From assembly GCF_024521635.1 (NCBI RefSeq), contig NW_026250414.1, positions 682,001 through 746,000 of the forward strand: DNA of 64,000 bases. Reading direction: 5' to 3'. The notes beneath the pieces are model-generated. The model saw only the letters and a list, made by a program, of their open reading frames with translations, was not told the origin of the DNA and searched no databases. The stretch's first letter is position 1, and each line of letters opens with the position of its first letter. Both the position numbers and the translations under genes were made by a program. This DNA is from Tricharina praecox (taxonomy: Eukaryota). Positions 1 through 12,265 of this stretch are shown piece after piece.

Positions 1-20
1 GACATCGAAGTGACGCTCAT
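1..20 (-). CDS. Probable 5' end of a gene running off the left edge (MSVTSM...)
   Basis: Minus-strand ATG at 20 in good context (ACACC-ATG), preceded by a long CT-rich tract (about 21-290) typical of fungal 5' UTRs and core promoters. Only 6 codons are visible. Confidence 0.35.
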
Positions 21-1294
21 GGTGTTGTCTTTCGGTGTAATGGGGAGTAGAGAAGAAATGGATTGGGGAATAGATGTGGAGGTAGGAAGGGAGACTGAGG
101 TCGGAAGACAACAGACGCAGGAGAAAAAAGAAGCCGAAGCAGGAGATGAAATTGGTGAGGTTGGCGAACTTGGGGTTGCTGAGATTCTTGTCGAGTAGCT
201 GAGGAAGTAGATGGGGATGTAAGGTGAGTAGAGGATGAAGTAGAGAAGAAGAGAAGAGTAGGAGGAGAGAAGAGTAGGGTGTGTTTTGAAGGGCTGGTGG
301 CCTTGGAAACATTTGAGCCAGCCTTGCCAAGCCACCACCAGCTAACCCGAAATACTCATCTGCCTCGTGTTAGGGTTCACTTCGACCCCACAAACAACCA
401 GTAGAGCCTCTCATGACTTGTCAAACTATCCTCGATCTCCGTCTTGCTTGACGCTTCTATCCCCGGGCGAGCCATATTTCATGATCAGCCACCTTCCGTA
501 CAATTCTCACCCGTTGCTTCCGAGAGCCTGAGATTCAGCCAACATCACCACTTCCTAAAGTAAAGACCTCTGTACAAGACAGCCACAGTATCATTGTGGT
601 GCATGTGAACTTTGTTTGAACCCGTACAACGAAGATTACTTAGGACATACGATCAGATATCACCCACCACCCACATACCTCTCAACATTCGTGCACCTAC
701 CCCCCGCAAATGCTCTCAACATCCTCTCAAAGCCCATCATCTGTGCTCTATATCTCTTGCATAATGCTCCCCGCCTCCAGCATGGCGGTTGCAGCCACCT
801 CGAATCCTGCCAGGCTGTCAGGAAAACATCCACCGGGCTCGTCGGCGTATGGGCGGCTATCAGCCGGATCAAGACGCATCCCCAAACACTGGCGAACGGC
901 TTCGGTAGTGGTGGTGGGGTGGCGGCATCTACGACGGGGACGGGTACAGCCACCGCGGCTATTAAGCTGGCGGAAAGTAAGAGGGCCGCCGCAAATAATA
1001 AGGCGGCAGAGCTACGGTAATAGTGTTATGGCAAGGGAAGCTAGAGAGAGATGTGCTGCGGTGGGGGGTCGTAGGTCGTTGCGCCTCAGAATGGTCACTC
1101 GAATCACATTGCATTGCTTCTGAGCGGCTATCTGCCTTCACATGAGATGGTTTAAATGGCAATTCATGTAAAACAACGTGGTGCCCGGGTCATATCATTG
1201 TGTTCTAGCTCAGTTCTGATTCTTAGAGTTTGGCTGCTTGATGCAAACCCAGCTCTCTTTCCGCCGAAAAGCCAAACCTCGCGATTCTACACTC

Positions 1295-3346
1295 CTAACA
1301 GCTTCCACAAGCCCACCTAATAGACTGGGAAGTGCCACTTGACTCTGGACCCCAGTGTTCCACCGCCGGCCCCTTGATCCTCTCCTCCTTGAGTCGCTTG
1401 TTGGATTCGAGTGCTTCCTGGAGGGCGTTGGGGTCGACGGTCCGGTCATAGAGAGGATTCACCGCTGCCGGGTTGTACAGTAGCTTCTGAAGTTCTTTGA
1501 TGACCTTCGGGTGCATTCCGGAGAATTTCTGTGGTGAGCAGCTCTTCTTGTACCCGGTGTTGGTGAAGGTGTCCGTCGCTGTTGCAGGACCGTTCATGCT
1601 TTTGGTAATTTTGGATCCGGTAAAGGTATTCTCTGCCGTGCGTCGATCTCCGATCGACGTTCTGAAGGCATTTTTAGAACCGGGAAAGCTCTGATCTACC
1701 CTGCTATCCAAAGACTTCTTCCACTTAAATGGGGGCAGGATATTCGGCGAGGTTGTCATGGGAACGGGAGTCATAGGGATGATGAATATATCTTCCAGGG
1801 GTGTCCTGAAAGACACTTTGCGCCCGAGAGTCTTGGGATTGGCGAGCATAGCCGGGACCTTAAGGATTCCTCTGAGCTTGGGCTGGGCAATCTCAAAAAT
1901 CGTGGATATTGTAGAAGTCTCAGTGACGTTTCCGTTGGCCTGTCCACCACCCGTGAATCGTCCATCAGCGTCGTATACTTCCCTAGCATTTGACTCATCT
2001 TCTTCAATCATGCATCCAGGAGCACCAGGAGGCTGCCCCTCGTCGTTCTCCTCGTCGTGATTGGTGTCACGTCCGTCGCGGACCCGTCGACCTTCTTGGC
2101 GACGCCATCCAGGCGGACCCGGATGACGGAAGTTCACGATCGCTCCAGGATGATCAGGATGATGGCCAAACCTAATCTCTTGACGAAAATACCCTCCATG
2201 TGCGTCACCAGGATAGTTCTCGGCCGCAAAACCACAGCTACCTCCGATAGGTGAGTTCTGGGCAGTAGGTTGACTCTTGATCATCGTGTTATAATCCGGA
2301 TAAATTCGATGCTTATGATAGATAGAATCTCGTGGATCAATAGTCACTTCTCTCGGATCGGCAGCCGCAGGACTACGCCTCGGATCTAAATGGAAGGCGG
2401 GAATGTGCATGTGCATTCCAAGGAACACGCGGCGGTTGCCTTCAGCAGGAGGGACATAATCTGGTGGGGCAACATGTCCCGCGGACCTATTAACGATGTT
2501 TCCGTCGCGGTTGGGGAATTGAAGGGCAGTAGAAGCGCTGGCGGTGAGTCTGCCCCTGAGAGTTGCGAACATTGGTGGAGAGTTGGCGTTATGCAGAGAG
2601 GCAGGTAAAGACCCCAGGTCCTCGTTTTCTTCCTCATCCTCTTGGAGAGGCGAAAAAGGAGGGGATGAGAACTCGAAAACTATGTCCACAGTGTTGCTCG
2701 CACCGGTATACCCGCGGTTCAGATCTTCTTCACGGAGAGACGGAAGAAGACGTAAGAAATCGATGGCTCTGTTCGGAGTGGAGGTCGCAGAATGAAGTTC
2801 ACTGTCTTTATCAGGATCCTCTTCGTCTTGGCGGAGGGGAAGCAACGGGAATCGAAACTCATGAGCTACTGCAGTCGAGCTGGAAGTGCGAGCTGAGTCT
2901 TCGTCTCTACTCTCTTGGTCCGACAAAGGCGGGAAAGGCGGCGATTGGAACTCGTGGTACCTCGCGATGTTGACAGAGATGTCGTCTAGGGCGTCCGACG
3001 ACGACAGAGTCGGGAAGTCCTGCGACGATGTAGTTGGCAACTCCTCCAGGAGTGGGTGGAGGAGGTTCAGCGCGTCATCCGTACCGTATGATGGCTGGCG
3101 TGGTGAGCCGAGCAGCAAAGAGGTGTAGCGTCGCACGAGGCCCGGGGGCGGACGGCGCCAGTTCGGGATTCCGACCACGACTTCCCGGGTATGGGACCCC
3201 TGGAAGGACAGGACATCTATGTCCGCAATCGTATCCACGGAACTGATTTCCCTTGGATTTGTGTCCTCATCGAATGGGAATGGCATGAAAGTCGCTGAGT
3301 GGTCAGGATTGGGTGGCGAGTGACCGTTATGCGTATTCTCCGTCAT
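1295..3346 (-). CDS. Hypothetical low-complexity (P/S/D/E-rich) protein, about 683 aa
   Basis: Long uninterrupted ORF. The first ATG is at 3346 (MTENTHNG); the track's 3484 start is not an ATG. No recognisable domain. Confidence 0.65.
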   Translation of the reverse strand: MTENTHNGHSPPNPDHSATFMPFPFDEDTNPREISSVDTIADIDVLSFQGSHTREVVVGIPNWRRPPPGLVRRYTSLLLGSPRQPSYGTDDALNLLHPLLEELPTTSSQDFPTLSSSDALDDISVNIARYHEFQSPPFPPLSDQESRDEDSARTSSSTAVAHEFRFPLLPLRQDEEDPDKDSELHSATSTPNRAIDFLRLLPSLREEDLNRGYTGASNTVDIVFEFSSPPFSPLQEDEEENEDLGSLPASLHNANSPPMFATLRGRLTASASTALQFPNRDGNIVNRSAGHVAPPDYVPPAEGNRRVFLGMHMHIPAFHLDPRRSPAAADPREVTIDPRDSIYHKHRIYPDYNTMIKSQPTAQNSPIGGSCGFAAENYPGDAHGGYFRQEIRFGHHPDHPGAIVNFRHPGPPGWRRQEGRRVRDGRDTNHDEENDEGQPPGAPGCMIEEDESNAREVYDADGRFTGGGQANGNVTETSTISTIFEIAQPKLRGILKVPAMLANPKTLGRKVSFRTPLEDIFIIPMTPVPMTTSPNILPPFKWKKSLDSRVDQSFPGSKNAFRTSIGDRRTAENTFTGSKITKSMNGPATATDTFTNTGYKKSCSPQKFSGMHPKVIKELQKLLYNPAAVNPLYDRTVDPNALQEALESNKRLKEERIKGPAVEHWGPESSGTSQSIRWACGSC

Positions 3347-3974
3347 GTTGGAGTAGGACTGTGATTTTGAAAACGGGTAGAAAGATGATATCGACGACGG
3401 CGAGGAAGTGGTAGTATGTGAAGAAAGAATTCGAAGCACGCCGGAAAGGATGTAAAATTGTTGGAAAGGACAAAGAGCAGGCAAAGACGTGATGATGGTG
3501 GAGTTGTACAGTCAATTTTCGGGTGATATTAGTAGAGGTGAGGGAGGTGAGGGTAGATATGCTAGTATAAGTGAAGCCGGGGATAGAAAGAATTTGGATC
3601 GTATTTGTTTGAATTGAGGCTCAAGGTAGAAACTGGCGGGGTTCCGGACTTCGTTCCATGGCGGAGATATTGAAATATGCTAATGCGTTGTGAACGACGT
3701 TGGGCAAAGTCGTTACTCACCGCCAATATGACCTGAGCGAGAATCTTTGAAATGGCTAGGAATGTTACCGGAGATAAGTCTAGCATTACATAGTGTGGCA
3801 TAGCATCGTGAGTTCAGTGCAGTGTTAAAGAGATGTCGAATCTAAAAAGTAAGGTCCATAGGTACCAGGTGGCAGATTCACGAGCTGGAAAGCATTGACT
3901 ATCAATTACCAAACGTTTCTATCCCGGATTAATCATTATATCCATCTCTCTACCTTTTTTGCTTCCCCCCTATC

Positions 3975-4700
3975 TTCACTTCGTGCGTATATCCGTAGCA
4001 CATTACTCTACCATAGATGCTCATTGCCTCACTGACTAGGAGTGATCGAGGAAAGCCCTTCATATCCGGTGTAAAGTCGAGGGAACGTTCTTCTACTCCA
4101 CAGGCCTAAAGAAGTCATAAATGTCGGCAAACTGCGTATCCCGACCGGTAATATCCTCAAGCTTCCGCTTCAGATCGTTCTTCTGCCCAATCCACCAGAG
4201 ACGGCTCGTGTTCGCGTGCTGGAGATAATAGCGGACCGCCGGGGGACGCGTAAAGGTCCCGGATTGCTCCCGTCTTGCCGCCAACACCTATCATCTGTTA
4301 GTTGGATCAAGATGTGAGAGGAAGTGGAGGGGTCTCTTACCGATGTGTTCACCAGCATGATAAGTGATAGTCTCGTAGGTGATCCCGCGGCCTGTACTTG
4401 AGCATCAAACAGGCTGGTATCACCCCCAGAAAGCGTCATATCCACACCTCTTCTTGAGGGCGGTCTCATACGAGGCTAGAAGAAGACGACGGCGCCACGC
4501 CTAGAGCTGGCCAACGAAGTGGACTTGGTCAGTCGAGACTACCTATATAAGCGTGCCTAAGAAGTTCCCAAACCGACCTTGATCACTCGGAAATTGAGAC
4601 TGAAGTTTCAACGGGCAGCGAAGGTGAAGCTCGCGCTCGGAAGCAGCAACAAGTTGAAGACGGCGAGGCAGAAAATTACTGCGATGGTAATCGCGGTACG
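3975..4700 (-). pseudogene. Degraded tyrosinase (di-copper centre) pseudogene
   Basis: Collinear fragments resemble fungal tyrosinase motifs: QVHFVGQL*AWRRRLLLASYETALKKRCGY (CuA region); HAGEHI[intron]GVGGKTGAIRDLYASPGGP; YYLQHANTSRLWWIGQKNDLKRKLEDITG (CuB region); LDFTPDM...MSIYGRVMCYGY (C-terminus). Contains stops, frameshifts and lost His ligands. The 5' boundary is approximate. Confidence 0.75.
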
Positions 4701-5245
4701 GCAATATGTAGTCCACTTAACGACGTATTGATTGCAGGTCCGACAGGTTTAGGGTTGTGGTGAATTAGAGTTAGTGTGGAGGCTATTTAGGGGTGAGCAG
4801 CAAGGATACTGGGAGTTGGCGATCCCTACATCAGAGTTTTGGAGCGAGAATCTAAGGCTAATTGGTGTGGGAGACCTCAACGTGAACTGTCAAAATTTCA
4901 TGAACGTTGCAGCGTGGCGTCAATGGTACGATGGATCTAATAAAGGCAGTTTAACTAGACGCACCAGAACGTGATCATGATCAAGCTCAGTGTCAGCTTA
5001 TGATCGCTCAGTCACTTCAAAGCGTCAAGACATGATTCACGCAATGGAATGCTTTCTTGATCAATATATCAATTCCTTATAGCGTAGTAACGAAACATCG
5101 TACAGTACAGTTTCAAATCATACATAATGCAGAAACATATCCAAACATCAACACATACATTTTTCCAACAAATCCAATATCCCCGTATCAAATCCCACCT
5201 CATCCTATCGTATCATCTAAGCCCTTCGCCTCCGAGCAAACTAAC

Positions 5246-6805
5246 TTACAAGCACTGGTGGTAGTAGGCGTTGATGACGGAGCAGGTGGTTCCGGAGACA
5301 CAAGTTCCGCTGCCGGACCAGTTGAGACCACCACACTGCGAGTACTTGGCGATGGTACCACCGGCGGCGGCGGTGGAAGAGGCAGCCGGAGCGGCGCTGG
5401 AGACGCCGGAAGGAGTCGTGGTGGTGGAGCCGTAAGTGGAGCCGATAGGGCCGAAGCGGATGTTGGAGTAGGTGACCTGGGAGTCGGGGGCATCGGCGAT
5501 GACGTCGTCGGGGTTGCCGGATGTGGTCGCGCAAGTACCACGGGCGACACCGGGGTCGGTGGCGGGCTTCTCGAGAGGCCAGTTGCTGTCGAGCCAGAGC
5601 ATGTTGACGGCGTAATCGGCCCAGATGCTCATGACCAGAACGTGACCGCGTCCAAGGGACTCGCCCATAGCGGCCATACCACCCTTGATCGAGTAGTCGT
5701 TGGTGTCGCCGAAGACGCTCTTCTGGGCAGCACAGAAGCTGTCGGTGATGGAGTTGCCGGTAACACCGGGAATGTTGACGGTCTTGTTGTCGATGACGAC
5801 ACCGTTCTGGACCCACTTGCGGCGGATCTCGGTGAGCGTGCCGGTGTCAGTGCCGTCGGCGGTGACGAACTGAGTGACGACAGTCATTTTGGTGTTGGTG
5901 TTCAGGGTGTTGCTGGAGCCAGGTCCGTAGAAGTTGAGGTTGCCCATGCGGTAGGGGTTGATGTCACATCCGTCCTTGTCGCAAACACCGGCGTAACGGT
6001 CGTCACCATCACCACACTCAGTACCGTCGCAACGGTACTGTCCGTCGGTGGTACAGGGGTGGGGAGTGTAGGCGTTCGAGATCGAGTTGGCCTCCCAGAT
6101 GTCCATCTCGGGACAGCAGGTTCCGTAGCGACCACCGCCAGAGTTGGCATCAGTGGCCGAAGGGTTCCAGTCGATGACGTTGGCCTCTCCGTTGATGAAC
6201 TTGATGTCGTGAGGGCACTGAGCATCACAGTAACCGGTTCCGTACTTGGCACCAGCCTTGTTGGTGGGGAACTTGGACAGACCACCATCGGCGTCCATTT
6301 CGACGAAGTAGAGGGCACCGTTCAAACCGCAGCCAAGCTTGGAGACGTCGACATCGAAGGTGAACTCCTTGTTCTTCAGGTAGAACAGCTCGTACTTGGT
6401 GTCGGTGGTGTCCATGAGGTAGACACGCGATCCGACGTTGGTACCGGTGCTGGCCTTGGTGACGAACTTCTCGGTGAGCGCATTGCCGCTGGTGGTGATA
6501 CCGTAGGTGCCAGAGTAGTTGGCACCATCGACAGCGCAGTTGGTGGCGCAGGTGACTGGGTCGGGACAGAGAGTGGCGTCCCAAGCGCTACCGGTGTAGC
6601 AGTTGGTGGAGCCACTGTTGGTGTGCAGCCAACGCCAGTTGGCATCGAGGACGATGGAACCGGCCTGGTTGGTGCAGGTTCCGCCGGCGGCACACTTCTG
6701 CCAGGTGAGCTTGGGGTGGGTCTCGGCGGTCAGAGTTCCAACATTCTGTGCCGAGGCAACAGCGAGGAGGGAGAGCGAAATGAGAGTGGTGGCGCTGATC
6801 TGCAT
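5246..6805 (-). CDS. cbh1: Glycoside hydrolase family 7 cellobiohydrolase I with linker and C-terminal CBM1
   Basis: Signal peptide followed by Gln (QNVGT), LDANWRW, catalytic EMDIWEAN motif, [12 protein letters not shown]-rich linker, and CBM1 ([31 protein letters not shown]). Intronless, with strong codon bias. Confidence 0.98.
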   Translation of the reverse strand: MQISATTLISLSLLAVASAQNVGTLTAETHPKLTWQKCAAGGTCTNQAGSIVLDANWRWLHTNSGSTNCYTGSAWDATLCPDPVTCATNCAVDGANYSGTYGITTSGNALTEKFVTKASTGTNVGSRVYLMDTTDTKYELFYLKNKEFTFDVDVSKLGCGLNGALYFVEMDADGGLSKFPTNKAGAKYGTGYCDAQCPHDIKFINGEANVIDWNPSATDANSGGGRYGTCCPEMDIWEANSISNAYTPHPCTTDGQYRCDGTECGDGDDRYAGVCDKDGCDINPYRMGNLNFYGPGSSNTLNTNTKMTVVTQFVTADGTDTGTLTEIRRKWVQNGVVIDNKTVNIPGVTGNSITDSFCAAQKSVFGDTNDYSIKGGMAAMGESLGRGHVLVMSIWADYAVNMLWLDSNWPLEKPATDPGVARGTCATTSGNPDDVIADAPDSQVTYSNIRFGPIGSTYGSTTTTPSGVSSAAPAASSTAAAGGTIAKYSQCGGLNWSGSGTCVSGTTCSVINAYYHQCL

Positions 6806-6900
6806 GATGAATGTCTGTCTGGAGTGAACTGCTTGGACTGTGAGTGAGTGAGTGGAAGAGTTGGATGAAGATTCAAACCATTGGCGGGGAGGAGGAACAG

Positions 6901-6909
6901 TTTATATAT
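6901..6909 (-). promoter_or_regulatory. TATA box of cbh1
   Basis: ATATATAAA on the minus strand about 100 bp upstream of the ATG. An adjacent CTGGAG (6910-6915) matches the CreA/Cre1 consensus SYGGRG. Confidence 0.6.
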
Positions 6910-7996
6910 CTCCAGCTCCATGGGCCAAATGCTATCCCGCCGCCGCCCTCGTTGGCGCTCACCTGTTGGAGAGAGGTCCCGTAGATGGGCAATCTGGTTC
7001 TACCATAGTGAGGTGGTAAGTGGAGCGGGACTGTTCAGCGTGTTCCGCAGCCCCTGGCAAGCTAAGATGGTCCCTGACATTGATTCCCAGCAACATTTGC
7101 CTCCGCCTGCATCTAGCATGGCATGCAGGGGACGCAAATCCACCAACCTCCCACCCCGGATACTAGATCTACTGTCCCTGGACACACCGACTGTGTGGGT
7201 ATCGTCAATTTGATCGACAGACGTCACGCCGGCTCGACGGCCTGGGAAGCCGTAATTGTGGCCTTACGGTCCAACGGACGTGAGTGGCACGTGCAGCGTT
7301 CACCATTTTCAATACCCGGCTGGCGGCCAACATGGCCCAGGTCTTGCTCTTATGGAGACCGGCGAGTGTACATGGCCGGCCCGGCTTCCTACGTGGCCAA
7401 CCCGGCGTGGCGGAATACCGATGGCCGTGTTGGTGACATCCCATGATGAAACTCATTGAATATCCGCAACCTTTCCTTAATCAGAGCAGTGGGGGCGCGC
7501 GTCGTGCGGCAAGCCTAGAAAATCCGGGAAGACTGCGGGTTGGATGCACGGCTCTGCGACTTGTGGAAGAATAGCAACGACTCTGCAGCGTCCTTGCAAT
7601 CTGCACACCCGTATCAAATTCCTTTGCTTCCCCCTAATTCGTTCAGCGTACCTCTACCAGCCAGTAGCCTTCAGGCTACTAGCAGTTACGAAACTCTCTA
7701 CACTAGATTTCCCCCGGATTTGCTCTGGACAATGGACATCATCCGCAGGCCAAGTTGTGTCAGGCTCGGCCATATGACGGTCCCCAGCCCAGTCGCCAAG
7801 GAGAATTTTGGTCGGCTAACCATCAGAGACGAGTAGCCCAAGCCACATGTAGTAGCACTGCGAATTTCGCGGGGAAATACATCCCGACAAGCCACCAAGT
7901 ATCGGAACTCGTAGGAGCGGGTTGGGTACGGCGCTTGTTTGTACCGTAGGGATCCAGACCCTGCCATCTGATTCACCCCACGCGGGGAATGACAGC

Positions 7997-8013
7997 CGGC
8001 TAAAAGTTTAGCG
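7997..8013. promoter_or_regulatory. Candidate XlnR/Xyr1-type site (CGGCTAAA) with an inverted partner half-site
   Basis: CGGCTAAA-AG-TTTAGCG about 1.2 kb upstream of cbh1. GGCTAA(A) is the established XlnR/Xyr1 core. Confidence 0.4.
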
Positions 8014-11000
8014 AGCGGCGGTGGCGTTTTCGCGGTGTTTTACGGAGACTTATGAGGCATAGCCTCGTCGGTAGCTTCGACGAGGCCTGTAGGATTCTTG
8101 GTTTGTTATTCTTTTTTTCCGTTGAGTATCACTTTGCACTTCATAACTATCATCGCCGGTTGACTCCCCGCTGGAACATCCGAAAATCCCGATAAAATAG
8201 GGGGAGGAATAGATTGCCTACTATAGGTGTGTATATACGGGCCGTTGTATACCGGCAAAAGGTGGTCCCGCGCACTCTATCATCATTCCTGAAGGAACAC
8301 CGACAAAAAAGTCTGCCATGGTAACTTTCTAAGGTTAAATCCAGGTATGCTGGACGTATGTATCACCGAGAGTTCACTGCCCAGGTTCGAAGCAATCTAT
8401 CCTGAAGAATTTGAACTCCGCCACTACGTGATGGTGAGAGATGTTATAAAATCTCACGATATCCGGGGTACCTATCCACTACTATAGAGCAGCTATGCAA
8501 CAAGGAAATGATAATTCTCCGAAGGATCGAGGCCCGAGCGGTCCTACTAGATAGCCAGCCCCAGCGGCTCACCGGTCCATCAAGTTTCCCTCCCGGCGCA
8601 TCCGTCCGTGCCGGCCGAGGACCTATCTACATGTGCGTTCCGTCAATGTCAGGCACTCGCTCCACTCAGCTGCATGAACGGTTTATGTCTCTACAACGTT
8701 CCTGCATGCCCACAGCCAAGGCGGAGACTTGATCCTACACTACAGTGGGGAACGTCAACTCCTGCAGGAACCACGCGCCGTCGGCCACGGGTGAATTCCG
8801 GGGTAGCACCCACGCCTTAGTTTTACGAAACCAATGTGGCGAGGCGAAACGCGGTGTTAATTCTCATACTATAACTAATAAATTGGCTTTTATTACTGAA
8901 GTACTTTGTATTTACTCTAAGCCCTGATTCCAAGAAAAGCTGCCTACAGACGTCTGACGGCGCTTTTTAACCACCGGAGCCCGCACCCGCACCGCCCGCG
9001 CTGCCGCTCCCGGAAGACGCCAGGCCACAGAGGTCCGTTAAGTTAGGCACGGCGATAGGTACGGTGCCCAGGGCATCCGGATTGCGAGTGGAACGGAAGA
9101 GCAAATGATCGAATTTGAAGCAGCACTATACGGTGATAGCGAACAGGCGATTATACGTACCACAACGGGTGACACGGGGGTTCATCTCAACTTTGCGATG
9201 AGAAGTAAGGTTTTCCCATGACTCCGAATATCAATCCCAACCTCCCTACGTTACCTTGCTGTTTTTTTTCGCTACGCTCTTTATCCACGCGATAGTTGCA
9301 TCGTATTCGCACTGACCAGGTGACCCCATACAACTTCCGGAAATTACACCCCAGGATTGTGGCATAAAAGTCCATATTAACCCAAGATGTAAACTAGTCC
9401 AACCACGGTTACTCTCTTTATCGTGGCAAGATCTAGATAGCGGTTATCGGGGCGCTTCGGTTGTGTGCGATCATAGGGAAGCGGAACTGTTAATTTCTTC
9501 GTATCCAGTGATCCGGAAGCGCTACTATCTTATCTGATGAAGTTCAAATGAGTGACAGCATGTGCAAATTCTGGTTGAGAAACAAGTCGCATCAACCACA
9601 AAGAGTCGGTTTGTTATGTTCTGATTTGTACCGACGTTACTCTACGTATGGCGCATATAATCCAGTACTTGTAGCTTAATAGCGGAAGATTTGCGTTGGT
9701 AGGTAGCGTGAAGCAAGTGAAGAAGAATTCGATAGCGTTTCGCTTGTGGCACAACAAACAAAGCAATCATCATTGATGCCGATCGACATATCACCAATTC
9801 AACATAGAATTTCTAAAGATATATTGAGCTACGTCAAGATTCGTATACTGTGTAGAGCTCTGTGTTTTCTGGCCGGTCGTCATTTGGCGTCGCACATCTC
9901 AGCATCGATAAACCATCTGAATCCTTCTTCTACAACGGGAACAATCTCCTCTGTGCGACCTATACGTCACACGCCTAGTGGGGGAAGAAACTCGGTGTAG
10001 CCAATCGTAGCAGATCAACTCTTAGAGTTTTTAAGCTGCCAGCGGGAGTGGTAAAGGTTGTTGGTTTGGGCCCAGCGATATTCTCTCTGCACTGGATATC
10101 ATTCACATATTTTTGCACCATGAGTTGCATAAAGCTGGCCCTAACCCAGCGTACCTCAGTGTGTGGTGGTTTTACCCATGTCGCTGACTCGCCGATACCA
10201 GATGGGGCTTTTATGGGACTCTGAGTCTGAGGCTCTGGAGTCTGAGCCTTGAAAGTTGAGGTCTCCCTGATCATCTACGGTACCTATTTTAGGCTTCGAT
10301 CTTGTTTGTGAGCGAAAACAATGATTCGACAGGAAATAGATAATGGCGACGGCGACATCAGTACTTTTCCAGAAGATCGCTTAAAACTTCGCAAACATCG
10401 AATGCGACGGTCTCAAGATATTGTTAAACGCCTATACCAGTCCCTTTGCTCAACAGTTCCGTTGAAGTTACTCTACTACTGTTTATATGAAGCGCGATGG
10501 ATTGTAACAGATGTCAGGTAGCCCTCATTTCATCCGACTCCCCAACAGCTTACAGGACAGCAATTAATCCTCCTTGCTAAATCGTTGCTCCCATCTCCTT
10601 TCCGTGGATTCACCAGAACGCCCATGTCCCTGCTCTCCGCACGAATCAAAGTCACCCGGGGAATATCGGTGGAGTTATTCGTGTACCAGTCTCCAGACGT
10701 CGGATGCTCAAGTTCCTCCTAGATAGCATTCACAACTGCTAAAGGGACTACTTATGCGATCACTAGTTCCTATTCCTTTCGAATCTCGGCCTTGCTAGTC
10801 TCCCTCCATCTGATATCCATTGCCCTAACCGTCTACTGCCCTTCGACCTTCGAAGCCCATGCTCTTTGTACATAACCTCAAGTTTCCCTAGATCCACCAC
10901 CAAACGTGTGCCCCGACGGTCGTCGTATCGTGGGATGTACGACGGTTGTGTCGGGGAGGTGATCGTTATCTGTTGGCCATTACGTGAACAGTTCGTCTGC

Positions 11001-12039
11001 AATCTGTTAAGAGACCAGTACAGCTGAAGACAGTAATCAATTCATAGAACTCCCTGGCGCCACTCAACTTCTCTTCCCTCTCCCGTGCCACTCGTATTGT
11101 CTTTCCCGATGCTAGTTTTGCTTCGCTCGCAGGTTCTGGATTCCAGTTCACTGTGCCGTACCGGACGAAGCCCCAACGACATAAGTTCGAGCCAATGCGA
11201 AACCCGTATCGCAAAGTTCGCAGGCGCGGGGACGAAGCCCTGTGCTGATGTTGCTGAAGGAAGGAAGTGAAGGAAGGAAGTTCGAACTTCGGCACGACGA
11301 GAAAGGGAATGGATAATGAACCTTATGAAATGGCGCTCAATCCCGGTCGGAAACTGGCTTTGCTTCCATAAGTAAATACTACCCGTAAAGGCGGCTAATT
11401 TAGCTTCCGGACAAATTAGCCGGATGTTAAAGTTGAACCTCTGCTCCAACATACGATAACAACCCGAACCTTCCGAAGTTAGTGCCCTTGGCGGTCTTGG
11501 CTGCTACGGCACAAACATCTACATAACATCTACCGTTGACGCCGAGTGTGAGAATGATAATTATCAAGACATTAAAATGATTTACACGGCTGTAGCAGGC
11601 TGTCTTGATAGCCATGGAGGAGTGTCGCGTTGGTAGTCCTTGATCCGATAATTACCGTTCCCACGCTTGCCCATTAGACCGGCAGTGATTTTTCGAGTTC
11701 CCGCTGGTGAGCGACCCAAGAACGGGTGAGGGACAAAAACGTGATCAATTGATAAGAAGCTTGTGATGATGTAGATAATGATGATCTGATGAGAGACCGA
11801 CCGATGACAGGAAGAACAGATTGCGGTACTGTCTGACCGAAGCCAACAATACTTCCTACAGTGGAGAGCGGTAAGAAGGGACCCTGTAGCCCCGTGTCAA
11901 TTACCAGTAGTAAAGTAACAGACGGCAACGAACTTCACCTACATAGCAATCGCGACATATGATTCGCGTCATACGGTTCGAGAGAGAGAGAGAGAGATCT
12001 TCAGTTTATTTCGCATGCCGCCTATCTAGGCTATGGCGA

Positions 12040-12265
12040 AGGTCATGAGGAGAGGTGGGAAGGGACGGGCGGGCATGCAGGCCCATTTCAGTCTTTACCG
12101 TGTATCTACTTTTCTGGGACAGGCCGGGGCGGAGAGCAGGGAAAGCCACATCGGGCCGCTCGGTGCAAGCAGGGTTGGACAGTGGCGTGGAAACGGGGGG
12201 GGGTGAACGGGGTGATATTGCCATGATCTAAATAGGTCGCATGCAATCAATGATTAAACAAAAAA
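12040..12265 (+). mobile_element. Dispersed non-LTR retroposon 3' end or SINE-like element, copy A
   Basis: Positions about 12125-12265 are the reverse complement of 32655-32816, and the sequence ends in ATGATTAAACAAAAAA. Upstream similarity to copy C extends to about 12040. Confidence 0.75.

Noticed and set aside
5057..6847. 596-aa plus-strand ORF
   Set aside because: Antisense shadow of cbh1 caused by its codon bias; non-ATG start and no domain.
9975..11615. Short minus-strand ORFs as a gene or pseudogene
   Set aside because: No recognisable motif or consistent splice model; left unresolved.
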